DNA from: a virus
Taxonomy: Duplodnaviria; Caudoviricetes
Direction: 5' to 3' (one strand)
Virus record (IMG/VR): IMGVR_UViG_3300046786_000191
Coordinates: 1-62,494 of that record
DNA length: 62,494 nt
Shown: piece by piece, positions 9,629 to 17,303 of the stretch
How positions within the stretch are numbered: position 1 is the stretch's first letter
Layout of the letters: every line of letters starts with the position of its first letter
The notes under the pieces: generated by a model
Seen by the model: the letters and a program-made list of their open reading frames with translations, nothing else
Database searches by the model: none
Told to the model about the DNA's origin: nothing
Program-made: the position numbers and the translations under genes

Positions 9629-10091
9629 GCGTTTTTTTTGACGCACGGTCGCCTCGCCCGCCCACTTAGTGCGGGCATAGCGGGCTACGCAACGATAAAC
9701 GCACAAAGCCAGCCAAATACGCATACATAGGTAGTACATACATAGCTAATATCGTAAGACTCTTGCAGAAGCCAGCACAAGGTTTTGTAAAATAACACGG
9801 CAGGCTTACATAACCACCCACTTTACCTTACACAATTTTTGCAAGCCTGCAAGCGCAGGTCGTTGATTTTATTGGGCTTCTTCTTTATATATATATCTTT
9901 AAAATAAATAATAAAAGACAGCTTCAGAAAATGATACACAGGGAGAGCGGGTCTAGGAATTACCCCTTCATCATCCTATTCTCAACTTTTTCTATGTTTG
10001 GCAACGCCACCGCTTCACCTCTTCCCCTGTACTCCAAAATGCCAAGCGGTTCATTATTTATTATCTTAACCCCCCACAACCCGCATGGTTA

Positions 10092-10120
10092 TTGACATCT
10101 ACACTTTTTTAATGTAAGAT
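10092..10120 (+). promoter_or_regulatory. sigma70 promoter
   Basis: TTGACA-17 nt-TAAGAT upstream of the 10163 gene. Confidence 0.7.
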
Positions 10121-10162
10121 AAACACCCTAGTTCTGTAATTTATATTCTAAAAGGAGTCACC

Positions 10163-10819
10163 ATGTCCCGCCCCATCAAGTACCGTAACGCTGACGACCT
10201 GATCGAGAACTGCACAATCAAAGAGGGTTGCATCATTTGGCCCGAGACCGATTCAAGTGCATCGCCCGTCATCAGTCCCGCAAGCCCACTTGCCAAAACC
10301 ATGCGCACCAACTCAGTTGCTCGTATGTTGTTCATCTTGTGCCGACACCTGCCCGCGAGTACGCGTCTTGTGAAAAGGTGCAACACCGAGTCGTGCGTCA
10401 ACCCATGGCATTACACCGAAGCCAACGCAGTAGTCCGCAAGCGGGCAACGCTTAGTGATAACGGGCTCGACCCAACAAGCCTGCTACCCAAGCAAGAATC
10501 GGTCAGGCATCTTGCGTTTCCAACTGACGAGGAAATCAACATGCTCAAACCCAAGAACCCTGAGATTCTTGGTGCGCTGATGATGTCTGCAAGCGTGGCG
10601 GGCTTTGACGCCAAGGGTCTGCCATACGGCAAGAAGCACAAGTTTGACGGTCCAATGGCATCGCCCGACAAGCCCGTACTGGTGATTCGCAAGCGTGAGG
10701 AAGCCAAGCCCGAGGTGCAACCCGAGGAAAAAGAGGAGAGCATTGACGACTTCTTCGATATGTTAGAGCGTGGATTCGCGGCAAGGAAGAATCCCCAAAA
10801 GGGCGGAATGAGTGCCTAA
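10163..10819 (+). CDS. HNH-like (His-Me finger) protein, probably catalytically degenerate
   Basis: GCIIWP...VKRCNTESCVNPWH resembles phage HNH C-W-x-W...H-x-C-xxx-CVNPxH but lacks the first His; AAGGAG RBS. Confidence 0.55.
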   Translation: MSRPIKYRNADDLIENCTIKEGCIIWPETDSSASPVISPASPLAKTMRTNSVARMLFILCRHLPASTRLVKRCNTESCVNPWHYTEANAVVRKRATLSDNGLDPTSLLPKQESVRHLAFPTDEEINMLKPKNPEILGALMMSASVAGFDAKGLPYGKKHKFDGPMASPDKPVLVIRKREEAKPEVQPEEKEESIDDFFDMLERGFAARKNPQKGGMSA

Positions 10820-10833
10820 AACACGGAATGCCC

Positions 10834-10863
10834 CTTGACAAAGTCAAGTTTCTGTGGTACAAT
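10834..10863 (+). promoter_or_regulatory. sigma70 promoter with a palindrome over the -35 box
   Basis: TTGACA(10835)-17 nt-TACAAT(10858); CTTGAC-AAA-GTCAAG palindrome at 10834-10848. Confidence 0.8.
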
Positions 10864-10917
10864 GTACGCAGTACATTAGTTAATCAGGGCTGTGTACTGC
10901 ACGCAATCTTGCGTTAG

Positions 10918-10946
10918 GGAATTACCCTTTACCCAAGGGTTTTTCC
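10918..10946. repeat. 29-bp 11-7-11 site, copy 3 (orientation A)
   Basis: GGAATTACCCT-TTACCCA-AGGGTTTTTCC. Confidence 0.9.
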
Positions 10947-10973
10947 TCAATCTCTTTTATTGGAGTCTGTTTT

Positions 10974-11069
10974 ATGCACAACCTTACGCCATGGCAACGC
11001 ACCGAGCGCGTTGTGTTGCTACTTGCAGTCATGGTACTGCTTCTCGATCTCTTTTACTGGAGACCATGA
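10974..11069 (+). CDS. Small hydrophobic peptide (31 aa), not in the ORF track
   Basis: TTGGAG RBS; MHNLTPWQRTERVVLLLAVMVLLLDLFYWRP; ATGA overlap with the next gene. Confidence 0.6.
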   Translation: MHNLTPWQRTERVVLLLAVMVLLLDLFYWRP

Positions 11070-11242
11070 TGCAGATGTTCAACCAAGGCTTTCGCAATCC
11101 TGTCCCCTTCAACCGCTTTGCTCTCAGTTGGCTTCAAGCCTTCGATGAGTGTGTGCGTGACGGGCGTGACTACACCGAGCTTCATTTCTATCGTCACCCC
11201 GAGACGGGCGAGATCATCATCACCTACTGGGAGATCAATTGA
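11066..11242 (+). CDS. Hypothetical protein (58 aa)
   Basis: CTGGAG RBS, coupled start; MMQMFNQGFRNP... Confidence 0.6.
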   Translation: MMQMFNQGFRNPVPFNRFALSWLQAFDECVRDGRDYTELHFYRHPETGEIIITYWEIN

Positions 11243-11499
11243 TGACTCACATTTCTAAAGAATACGATGACGATCATCACGCGTGGCACAGCTGTGTTCA
11301 CTGTGGTGATGATGTCCACCACGAGCGGTACGCCCTTGGCTATCGCCTGTGTATGCATTGTGGCAATCAAGCCGCGATCTCCGCACGCCAGTCATGGTGT
11401 GTGGTGCAACCCTACGGCAAAGGTCCTTATATGTTGGTGACCGAAGCAAGCGCACCCAAGACGCTTCTCGACACCAACCAAAAGTACCCGCGTTCGTAA
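11242..11499 (+). CDS. C4 zinc-finger protein (DksA/TraR finger-like)
   Basis: CVHCGDDVHHERYALGYRLCMHCG. Confidence 0.6.
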   Translation: MTHISKEYDDDHHAWHSCVHCGDDVHHERYALGYRLCMHCGNQAAISARQSWCVVQPYGKGPYMLVTEASAPKTLLDTNQKYPRS

Positions 11500-11500
11500 C

Positions 11501-11529
11501 GGAGAAACCCTGATGGTCAGGGTATTTCC
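11501..11529. repeat. 29-bp 11-7-11 site, copy 4 (orientation B)
   Basis: GGAGAAACCCT-GATGGTC-AGGGTATTTCC. Confidence 0.9.
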
Positions 11530-11560
11530 TTTTCTCTTTTCTTCTTATCAAGGAACTTAA

Positions 11561-12640
11561 ATGTCTAAAGAACTATCTTTCAATCGCACAGTCAACTTCA
11601 CAGAAACCGTTGACATCATTCTTAACTCTGGTGCGAACTCAGTACACCTTACTGGCGAACCAGGCGTTGGCAAGACTGCGATTCAGAATGTGCTTGTCGA
11701 GCGCACAGGCTACCGCAAGGTCTACATTGACGGACCGAACACCGATGTCGGTCAATCGGGTATGCCCATTCCCAATCATGCGACTCGCACCTTGGACTTC
11801 TATCCTGCTGACTACTATGGTCTGCACTTGAACGAACCGCAAGTCATCATGATTGACGAGTGGACTAAGACCGATGACTATGTGCGTAACACCCTGCACC
11901 CACTATTGCACGAGAGACGCCTCGGCACATTCGAACTGCACCCCGATACCATCGTGTTCACGACGGGCAACATGGACGGTGATGGTGTGGGTGACTATGC
12001 GAAGGCGCATACGCGCAATCGTCAGACATGGCTCACTTACATGAAGCCAACTGCGAGCGAGTGGCTCGTGTGGGCATCGAACAACGGAGTTGCCGCTGAG
12101 ATTCAGGCGTGGGTGAAAGAGTATCCCCATTCCCTCGCATCGTACATGGACGGTGGGCAGAAGGAGAACCCATACATCTTCAACCCAACTGACGCATCAC
12201 AGACTGCGTTCGTATCACCTCGTTCGTTGTTCAAGGCATCGCATTGGGTAACTATCCGTGATCGCATCACCGAGAATGCATTGATCGCTACGCTTGACGG
12301 TACGCTCGGTATCGCGGCATCGCGTGATCTGCAAGCATACATCTCGCTTGCCGATCAGTTGCCTACATCCGAGTCAATCGAGAAGTCACCCGATACTGCG
12401 CCAATACCTAGCAGTCCAGCGGCTCAATGTATCTTGGCATTCAAGGCGGTGTCTGTCTGCACACGCGAGACATTCGCTACATGGCTACGCTACCTCAAGC
12501 GTATGCCCAAAGAGACTCAAGCTGTGTTTGTCAACACCATTCTTGAGAACCGTGTGAAGAAGGACTGGGTGCTTGTGCATCCTGCGTTCGTTACATGGGC
12601 GCGTGAGAACCAGTACATGTTCTCAGGCTTAAAAGGATAA
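11561..12640 (+). CDS. MoxR/dynein-related AAA+ ATPase
   Basis: Walker A GEPGVGKT, Walker B IMIDE, TGN sensor, SPRS motif. Confidence 0.85.
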   Translation: MSKELSFNRTVNFTETVDIILNSGANSVHLTGEPGVGKTAIQNVLVERTGYRKVYIDGPNTDVGQSGMPIPNHATRTLDFYPADYYGLHLNEPQVIMIDEWTKTDDYVRNTLHPLLHERRLGTFELHPDTIVFTTGNMDGDGVGDYAKAHTRNRQTWLTYMKPTASEWLVWASNNGVAAEIQAWVKEYPHSLASYMDGGQKENPYIFNPTDASQTAFVSPRSLFKASHWVTIRDRITENALIATLDGTLGIAASRDLQAYISLADQLPTSESIEKSPDTAPIPSSPAAQCILAFKAVSVCTRETFATWLRYLKRMPKETQAVFVNTILENRVKKDWVLVHPAFVTWARENQYMFSGLKG

Positions 12641-12663
12641 ACCCTTTGGTCAAGGGTAATTCC
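12635..12663. repeat. 29-bp 11-7-11 site, copy 5 (orientation B)
   Basis: GGATAAACCCT-TTGGTCA-AGGGTAATTCC, overlapping the AAA stop codon. Confidence 0.9.
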
Positions 12664-12688
12664 ATTCATCAACTATCAGGAGAGAGTT

Positions 12689-12952
12689 ATGACTAAAACT
12701 GTAAAGATCGGTGCGCCTGTTTCTTATAAGAACTGCTACATCGTGCCTGTCAACGAGGGCTTTGATCTGGTCGACAAGACCACGGGTCGGTGGATTCATT
12801 TACCAAGTCAACGCTTGGCTAAGTGGAACGCAACTGTGTGGACACGCTTGTCTATGGAGTTCGATACATCCAACCCTTTGTCCAACACCAAGCTCACCAA
12901 GCTTGAGGTTACGGCAGTCGTTATTGATAAACAACCAAAGGAAAAGAAATGA
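12689..12952 (+). CDS. Hypothetical protein
   Basis: 87 aa, AGGAG RBS. Confidence 0.7.
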   Translation: MTKTVKIGAPVSYKNCYIVPVNEGFDLVDKTTGRWIHLPSQRLAKWNATVWTRLSMEFDTSNPLSNTKLTKLEVTAVVIDKQPKEKK

Positions 12953-13194
12953 GAAGTATATGGATTGCAATCGGTCGTAGCGATGACCCCGAAGATCGCT
13001 CAGTTCAACATCTGTATGTATTCGAATCATCGTTCGATGCACACGGGTTTGTTAACCGCATACCAAGGTACGACCACTTACCTGAAGAGGCTCGCAACAT
13101 CATGTGGTCGGTGACTGAGCATGCTATCAACGAGAGCAAAGTTCGGGCGTTGACCGACTACTGCTCGGTGTACGAGGAGCAGTGCGATGAGTGA
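12949..13194 (+). CDS. Hypothetical protein
   Basis: 81 aa, ATGA-coupled. Confidence 0.65.
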   Translation: MRSIWIAIGRSDDPEDRSVQHLYVFESSFDAHGFVNRIPRYDHLPEEARNIMWSVTEHAINESKVRALTDYCSVYEEQCDE

Positions 13195-13387
13195 CAACGA
13201 TCTGCTGACATTCATCCTGCTCGTATGGGCGGGCGTGGCTACGGGTCTGTGGCTTGACGCTAGGCGTGAAACCAAGCTGACCAAGAAGATCATCATCCAT
13301 CTCGTTCAGAACAAGGACGAGCGTGAGAAGTTCTTCTCGGGCGCTGACCTGATGATTCAATCAAGAGGTGACTTCGATGCACGATAA
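13187..13387 (+). CDS. Small membrane protein
   Basis: 66 aa with an N-terminal hydrophobic helix. Confidence 0.65.
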   Translation: MSDNDLLTFILLVWAGVATGLWLDARRETKLTKKIIIHLVQNKDEREKFFSGADLMIQSRGDFDAR

Positions 13388-13532
13388 GAAAACATTGAAC
13401 AACCTTTACCACGCGGGCATGGCGTTCGCGGCTCAACTACGACTGGTCGGTGAACATGAAGCCGCCCACGACATCGAAGTGTATGTGTTAGATATTAAGA
13501 AGGAGTTAGAAGATGCTAGTACTGAAGAATAG
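13377..13532 (+). CDS. Hypothetical protein (51 aa), not in the ORF track
   Basis: GAGGTG RBS; MHDKKTLNNLYHAGMAFAAQLRLVGEHE...; fills the gap in the operon. Confidence 0.5.
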   Translation: MHDKKTLNNLYHAGMAFAAQLRLVGEHEAAHDIEVYVLDIKKELEDASTEE

Positions 13533-14748
13533 ATTGACCGCTGAACAGCGGGTCGAGCTTGTCCATGTGAGTCTCATGCGCAACAAGGCGTTTGCTTTGT
13601 TCGCTGGTCTGTTCATGGTCGGCAAGACAACAGTTGAGGACAACAAGATGACTGCGGCTACCAACGGGCGAGACGCTCGGTATGGTCGTGAGTTCGTTGA
13701 CTCGTTGTCTGACAAAGAGTTGGCGTTTCTCATCATGCACGAGAACATGCACAAGTGCTATCGTCACTTGACTGTGTGGCGTTCTCTGTATGAGGAGGAT
13801 CATCGCCTTGCTAACCTCGCGTGTGACTATGTCATCAACATCCAGTTGGTTGATATGGATCCGAACGAGGACATCATCGCGTTCCCACGCGACAAGAAGA
13901 CTGGCAAGCCTATCGGTGTAGTCGATGCACGATTCCGTGGTATGGATAGCAAGCAGGTGTTCGACATCCTCAAGCAAGAAGGCGAAGATGGTGGCGAAGG
14001 TGGCGATGGGAATAACCCTGACGGTGAGGGTAATTCCGATGGCGGGCTTGACTCACATGATTGGGAGAACGCTATCAACGGCATGAGTGAGACCGAGAAG
14101 AAAGACCTCGAGCGTGAGATTCAACAAGCCTTGCGTCAAGGTGGCATCTATGCGGGCAAGGTTGGCGCGAACATGCCACGCGAGATTGGTGAACTGCTCA
14201 AGCCCAAGGTTGACTGGCGTTCAGTCTTGCGTAAGTTCGTTCGCACATCTCTCAAGGACAGAGACTCTGTGTCATGGCGTAAGGCTCATAAGAACTTCTT
14301 ATGGCAGGATGTAATTCTTCCCAGTATTCTAGGGAAACGGATGAAGCATCTCGTCATCGCTATGGATACATCTGGCTCTATTCAGGGTGAGTTGTTGACG
14401 GCGTTCTTATCTGAGATGAATCAGATCGTCAAAGATGTGGGGGCTGATCGCATCGACATTCTGTATTGGGATACCGAAGTGGCGGGTCACGAAACCTACA
14501 AGGGTACAGACACAGCCATTGTGCATCGCACGAATCCCAAGGGTGGCGGTGGCACAAACCCCGATGTAGTCGTGGCGTACATGAACGAACATAAGCTCAG
14601 CCCTGATGCTCTCGTGATGCTGACGGATGGGTACATGCACACCAACAAGCCTGCATGGGCTTCTCTTACCAAGCCCACATTGTGGTGCATCTTGGGCAAC
14701 GATGGGTACGAAGTACCTTGTGGTCAAAAACTTGTTATCAAGGAGTAA
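13513..14748 (+). CDS. Metallopeptidase-like plus vWA domain protein (DUF2201-type architecture)
   Basis: TAATNG, HENMH (HExxH), acidic G-rich linker, MIDAS motif DTSGS...GGGT...TDG. Confidence 0.85.
   Translation: MLVLKNRLTAEQRVELVHVSLMRNKAFALFAGLFMVGKTTVEDNKMTAATNGRDARYGREFVDSLSDKELAFLIMHENMHKCYRHLTVWRSLYEEDHRLANLACDYVINIQLVDMDPNEDIIAFPRDKKTGKPIGVVDARFRGMDSKQVFDILKQEGEDGGEGGDGNNPDGEGNSDGGLDSHDWENAINGMSETEKKDLEREIQQALRQGGIYAGKVGANMPREIGELLKPKVDWRSVLRKFVRTSLKDRDSVSWRKAHKNFLWQDVILPSILGKRMKHLVIAMDTSGSIQGELLTAFLSEMNQIVKDVGADRIDILYWDTEVAGHETYKGTDTAIVHRTNPKGGGGTNPDVVVAYMNEHKLSPDALVMLTDGYMHTNKPAWASLTKPTLWCILGNDGYEVPCGQKLVIKE
14009..14037. repeat. 29-bp 11-7-11 site, copy 6 (orientation B), inside a CDS
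   Basis: GGAATAACCCT-GACGGTG-AGGGTAATTCC encodes the GNNPDGEGNS linker. Confidence 0.9.
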
Positions 14749-14750
14749 TC

Positions 14751-14996
14751 ATGTCTGAAGAATTTATCTTGTGTATCGGGGACTCGAAGTTCCTGCTCAG
14801 CTTGGACGAGGCGATGCAGATTGCCACGGCACTTAACTCTGCTCAGTACATTGGTACTGAGTGGCTCAACGGTGTAACCAACGGGCGTAACCATGTAGTG
14901 AAACGCCCGAACTATCAGTCAGCAGTGGTCAGCCCAATGACTGCGATCTTTCGCATGGAGCTGGACGCCAACCAAAAACTATTGGAGCAGAAATGA
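14751..14996 (+). CDS. Hypothetical protein (81 aa)
   Basis: AAGGAG RBS, ATG 14751. Confidence 0.7.
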   Translation: MSEEFILCIGDSKFLLSLDEAMQIATALNSAQYIGTEWLNGVTNGRNHVVKRPNYQSAVVSPMTAIFRMELDANQKLLEQK

Positions 14997-15163
14997 ATAA
15001 AGCAGCGGGTTATTCCGTAATCCTTAACAAAGAAACCTTTGATCTTCTTCGTGATGTCAAGGTTGATCTTACAAAGCGATTGGGCTTTGAACCAACCAAC
15101 GGTCAGGCGATTCGTCATCTGATCGCTGTGTTCTACGGGGAGGCGGAAATATCCTCTAAGTGA
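14993..15163 (+). CDS. Small putative ribbon-helix-helix DNA-binding protein (56 aa), not in the ORF track
   Basis: MNKAAGYSVILNKETFDLLRDVKVDLTKRLGFEPTNGQAIRHLIAVFYGEAEISSK; strand-helix-helix pattern; GGAG RBS, ATGA overlap. Confidence 0.5.
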   Translation: MNKAAGYSVILNKETFDLLRDVKVDLTKRLGFEPTNGQAIRHLIAVFYGEAEISSK

Positions 15164-15173
15164 GGGTAATTCC
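15145..15173. repeat. 29-bp 11-7-11 site, copy 7 (orientation B)
   Basis: GGAAATATCCT-CTAAGTG-AGGGTAATTCC. Confidence 0.85.
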
Positions 15174-15181
15174 GTGGGCTT

Positions 15182-15361
15182 ATGCCATTAGTCATATTAG
15201 CTAAAGGTAAGGTCGTGCATCAGCGCGAGCCATTCCCAACTATTGGTTGTCGTGCAAACGAGAACCGTATTACTCAGCAGAACAAGAATCTGCTGGCATC
15301 CCACATGCTCTCCAAGAGTATGTCCATTATTCAACAGTCTTTATTGAAGGAAACAAAATGA
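15182..15361 (+). CDS. Possible hypothetical protein (59 aa)
   Basis: Open frame MPLVILAKGKVVHQRE... ending in an ATGA overlap with 15358; weak RBS. Confidence 0.35.
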   Translation: MPLVILAKGKVVHQREPFPTIGCRANENRITQQNKNLLASHMLSKSMSIIQQSLLKETK

Positions 15362-16398
15362 GTTACAACACAGTAGGCGTAGCGCCGATCAACAGCTACA
15401 TGGAAGCGGTGCAGAGATACGAGAACACAAAGCCCATCCGTGGCAAGACCGTTCGCCCCTTGGGTGCGAGGCGTTACCACAGTCGCTCTGACATCACAAT
15501 GCCAGAGAATATTGTGCGCCTTAACTATTACGGTCAGGCGTTCGTAGAGTGGTATCCCGATGACACATTCATCGTGTATGTACCCAAGTGGCATTCAGCG
15601 TTCATGATTGGAGACTTGTCTGCGTATCTACCGCTCAACATGTATGTCGAGTGGGATAGCGGGCGGTATGTTCTAAGCATTCGTGCCGACAATCAGTCGC
15701 GCAAGTACTTCCTTGACCAACCACTTCAATTCCATCGCGTACCTAACGAAGATAGGTATAGCGCACAGTTCGATCTTGTGGAGAAGCCCAGTGCTTACCA
15801 CACAAGACTGCGCCCTAACGCGTACAAGAAATACATGGCTGAGTTCGAACCATTCTTTGCATGGTGCGATCTCGTCAAAGACTTTGAGAACAAAGACAAC
15901 AACATTGTCATGGAGGGCAAGGAAGCACAAGCGTCCCTGCGTAAGGCTTGCGGGATTCCTGTTAGCGAAGAATGGTGGCAGAAGGTGTACACCGAAATCT
16001 ATAAGCTGGACCCGAATGATCCAGTCAGAACTCAGATGCAAGCGGATTACAACATGCACGACTGCATGCCACGAGGCGGGCGTTGGAAGCGCAACATCTT
16101 TCACACGGCTAGTGCTACGACGATTCTCAACTGGTTGAAAGATACCACGGGTGAGCATTGGGTCAAGGCTAGAACCATCATCATCACGCAAGCTGGGACT
16201 TACAACTTCAGCATGGGCGGAATGATTATTAGCACCGAGGACGCTAAGGAATTCCTGCGTGAACTCGTGCTTCATGTGCATCGTGACGAATGTTTCATTC
16301 GTACCAAAACCAAGGACGGAGAAGTGCCTACAAAGCGCAACTACGAATACTTCAACTCGTTTGCTTTTTCAATGGAGAAACCCTTGGCTCAAGGGTAA
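15358..16398 (+). CDS. Hypothetical early protein
   Basis: GAAGGA RBS before ATG 15358; YENTKPIRG..RPLGARR N-terminal motif. Confidence 0.75.
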   Translation: MSYNTVGVAPINSYMEAVQRYENTKPIRGKTVRPLGARRYHSRSDITMPENIVRLNYYGQAFVEWYPDDTFIVYVPKWHSAFMIGDLSAYLPLNMYVEWDSGRYVLSIRADNQSRKYFLDQPLQFHRVPNEDRYSAQFDLVEKPSAYHTRLRPNAYKKYMAEFEPFFAWCDLVKDFENKDNNIVMEGKEAQASLRKACGIPVSEEWWQKVYTEIYKLDPNDPVRTQMQADYNMHDCMPRGGRWKRNIFHTASATTILNWLKDTTGEHWVKARTIIITQAGTYNFSMGGMIISTEDAKEFLRELVLHVHRDECFIRTKTKDGEVPTKRNYEYFNSFAFSMEKPLAQG

Positions 16399-16402
16399 TT
16401 CC
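16374..16402. repeat. 29-bp 11-7-11 site, copy 8 (orientation B)
   Basis: GGAGAAACCCT-TGGCTCA-AGGGTAATTCC, overlapping the stop of the 15358 gene. Confidence 0.9.
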
Positions 16403-16425
16403 AACATCATCAAGGAGAACATACT

Positions 16426-17298
16426 ATGCTAGACAATACAACACCAATCATGTCGCTGTCATCAATGGCGATGCTCGTCGAACTGCGCATCAGCACATGG
16501 ACTGCACGCAAGCGTGACAAGGAAACCACATCTGATCTGAACACTTCCAAGAACGCAGACCAAGATGCTTCCTCTGTTTACAAGTACCTCATGGCGGGCA
16601 GTAATCATCTCGAGAAGATAGAGAAGTACGCGGCTAAGTGCCGTGCGTGGAACAACCAACAGACCTTGCCTTGGATGAAGGGCGTGGGCTTGTTGCCCAT
16701 GGAGAACTTCTTCAAGTATCGCGAGCAACTAGGAACGATGGAGGCTAACTTCAACACGCTAGTCAATGAGTTCGTAGTAGCTTATCCGTCGTTGGTTAGT
16801 GCGCAGGCGTTCAAGCTCGGGGATTACTTCGATGCCTCTGAGTTCCCCGATGCTGACACATTACCTCGTCGGTTTAAGTTCGCGTACAACTTCCTGCCCG
16901 TGCCTGAGAGCGGTGACTTCCGCATCAACTGCGAGGCTCGAGTCAAAGCTGATCTGCAAGAACAGTACGACAAGATGTACAACGAGAAGCTGGTCGATGC
17001 TATGCGTGACCCATGGGACAGACTGCACAAGATGCTGATAAAGATCAGCGAGACCTTGACAGATGCGCCCGATGGTAAGCGCAGTATCTTCCGCGATTCG
17101 TTGGTGACTAACGCAGTAACCCTGTGTGAGCTACTGACTGTATTGAATGTGACCAAAGACCCCGAGCTTGAGAAAGCTAGGCGTCTGCTCGAGCAAGCTA
17201 TCACAAGCATTGATGCAGATGATCTGCGCAAGATGCCTGAAGCACGGCTCGAGTTGAAGACATCCGTTGACGACATCCTTAACAAATTTAACTTCTGA
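16426..17298 (+). CDS. DUF3150-like protein
   Basis: LVELRISTWTARKRD...TLPW...F..AY....FPD....RRFKF pattern, recalled from AAA/vWA-associated proteins; strong RBS. Confidence 0.55.
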   Translation: MLDNTTPIMSLSSMAMLVELRISTWTARKRDKETTSDLNTSKNADQDASSVYKYLMAGSNHLEKIEKYAAKCRAWNNQQTLPWMKGVGLLPMENFFKYREQLGTMEANFNTLVNEFVVAYPSLVSAQAFKLGDYFDASEFPDADTLPRRFKFAYNFLPVPESGDFRINCEARVKADLQEQYDKMYNEKLVDAMRDPWDRLHKMLIKISETLTDAPDGKRSIFRDSLVTNAVTLCELLTVLNVTKDPELEKARRLLEQAITSIDADDLRKMPEARLELKTSVDDILNKFNF

Positions 17299-17303
17299 AC
17301 AAC

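Noticed and set aside
17113-17140. Possible tenth 29-bp site in the 1.85-kb gap (GCAGTAACCCT)
   Set aside because: Only a partial left arm; there is no right arm at the 7-bp distance.
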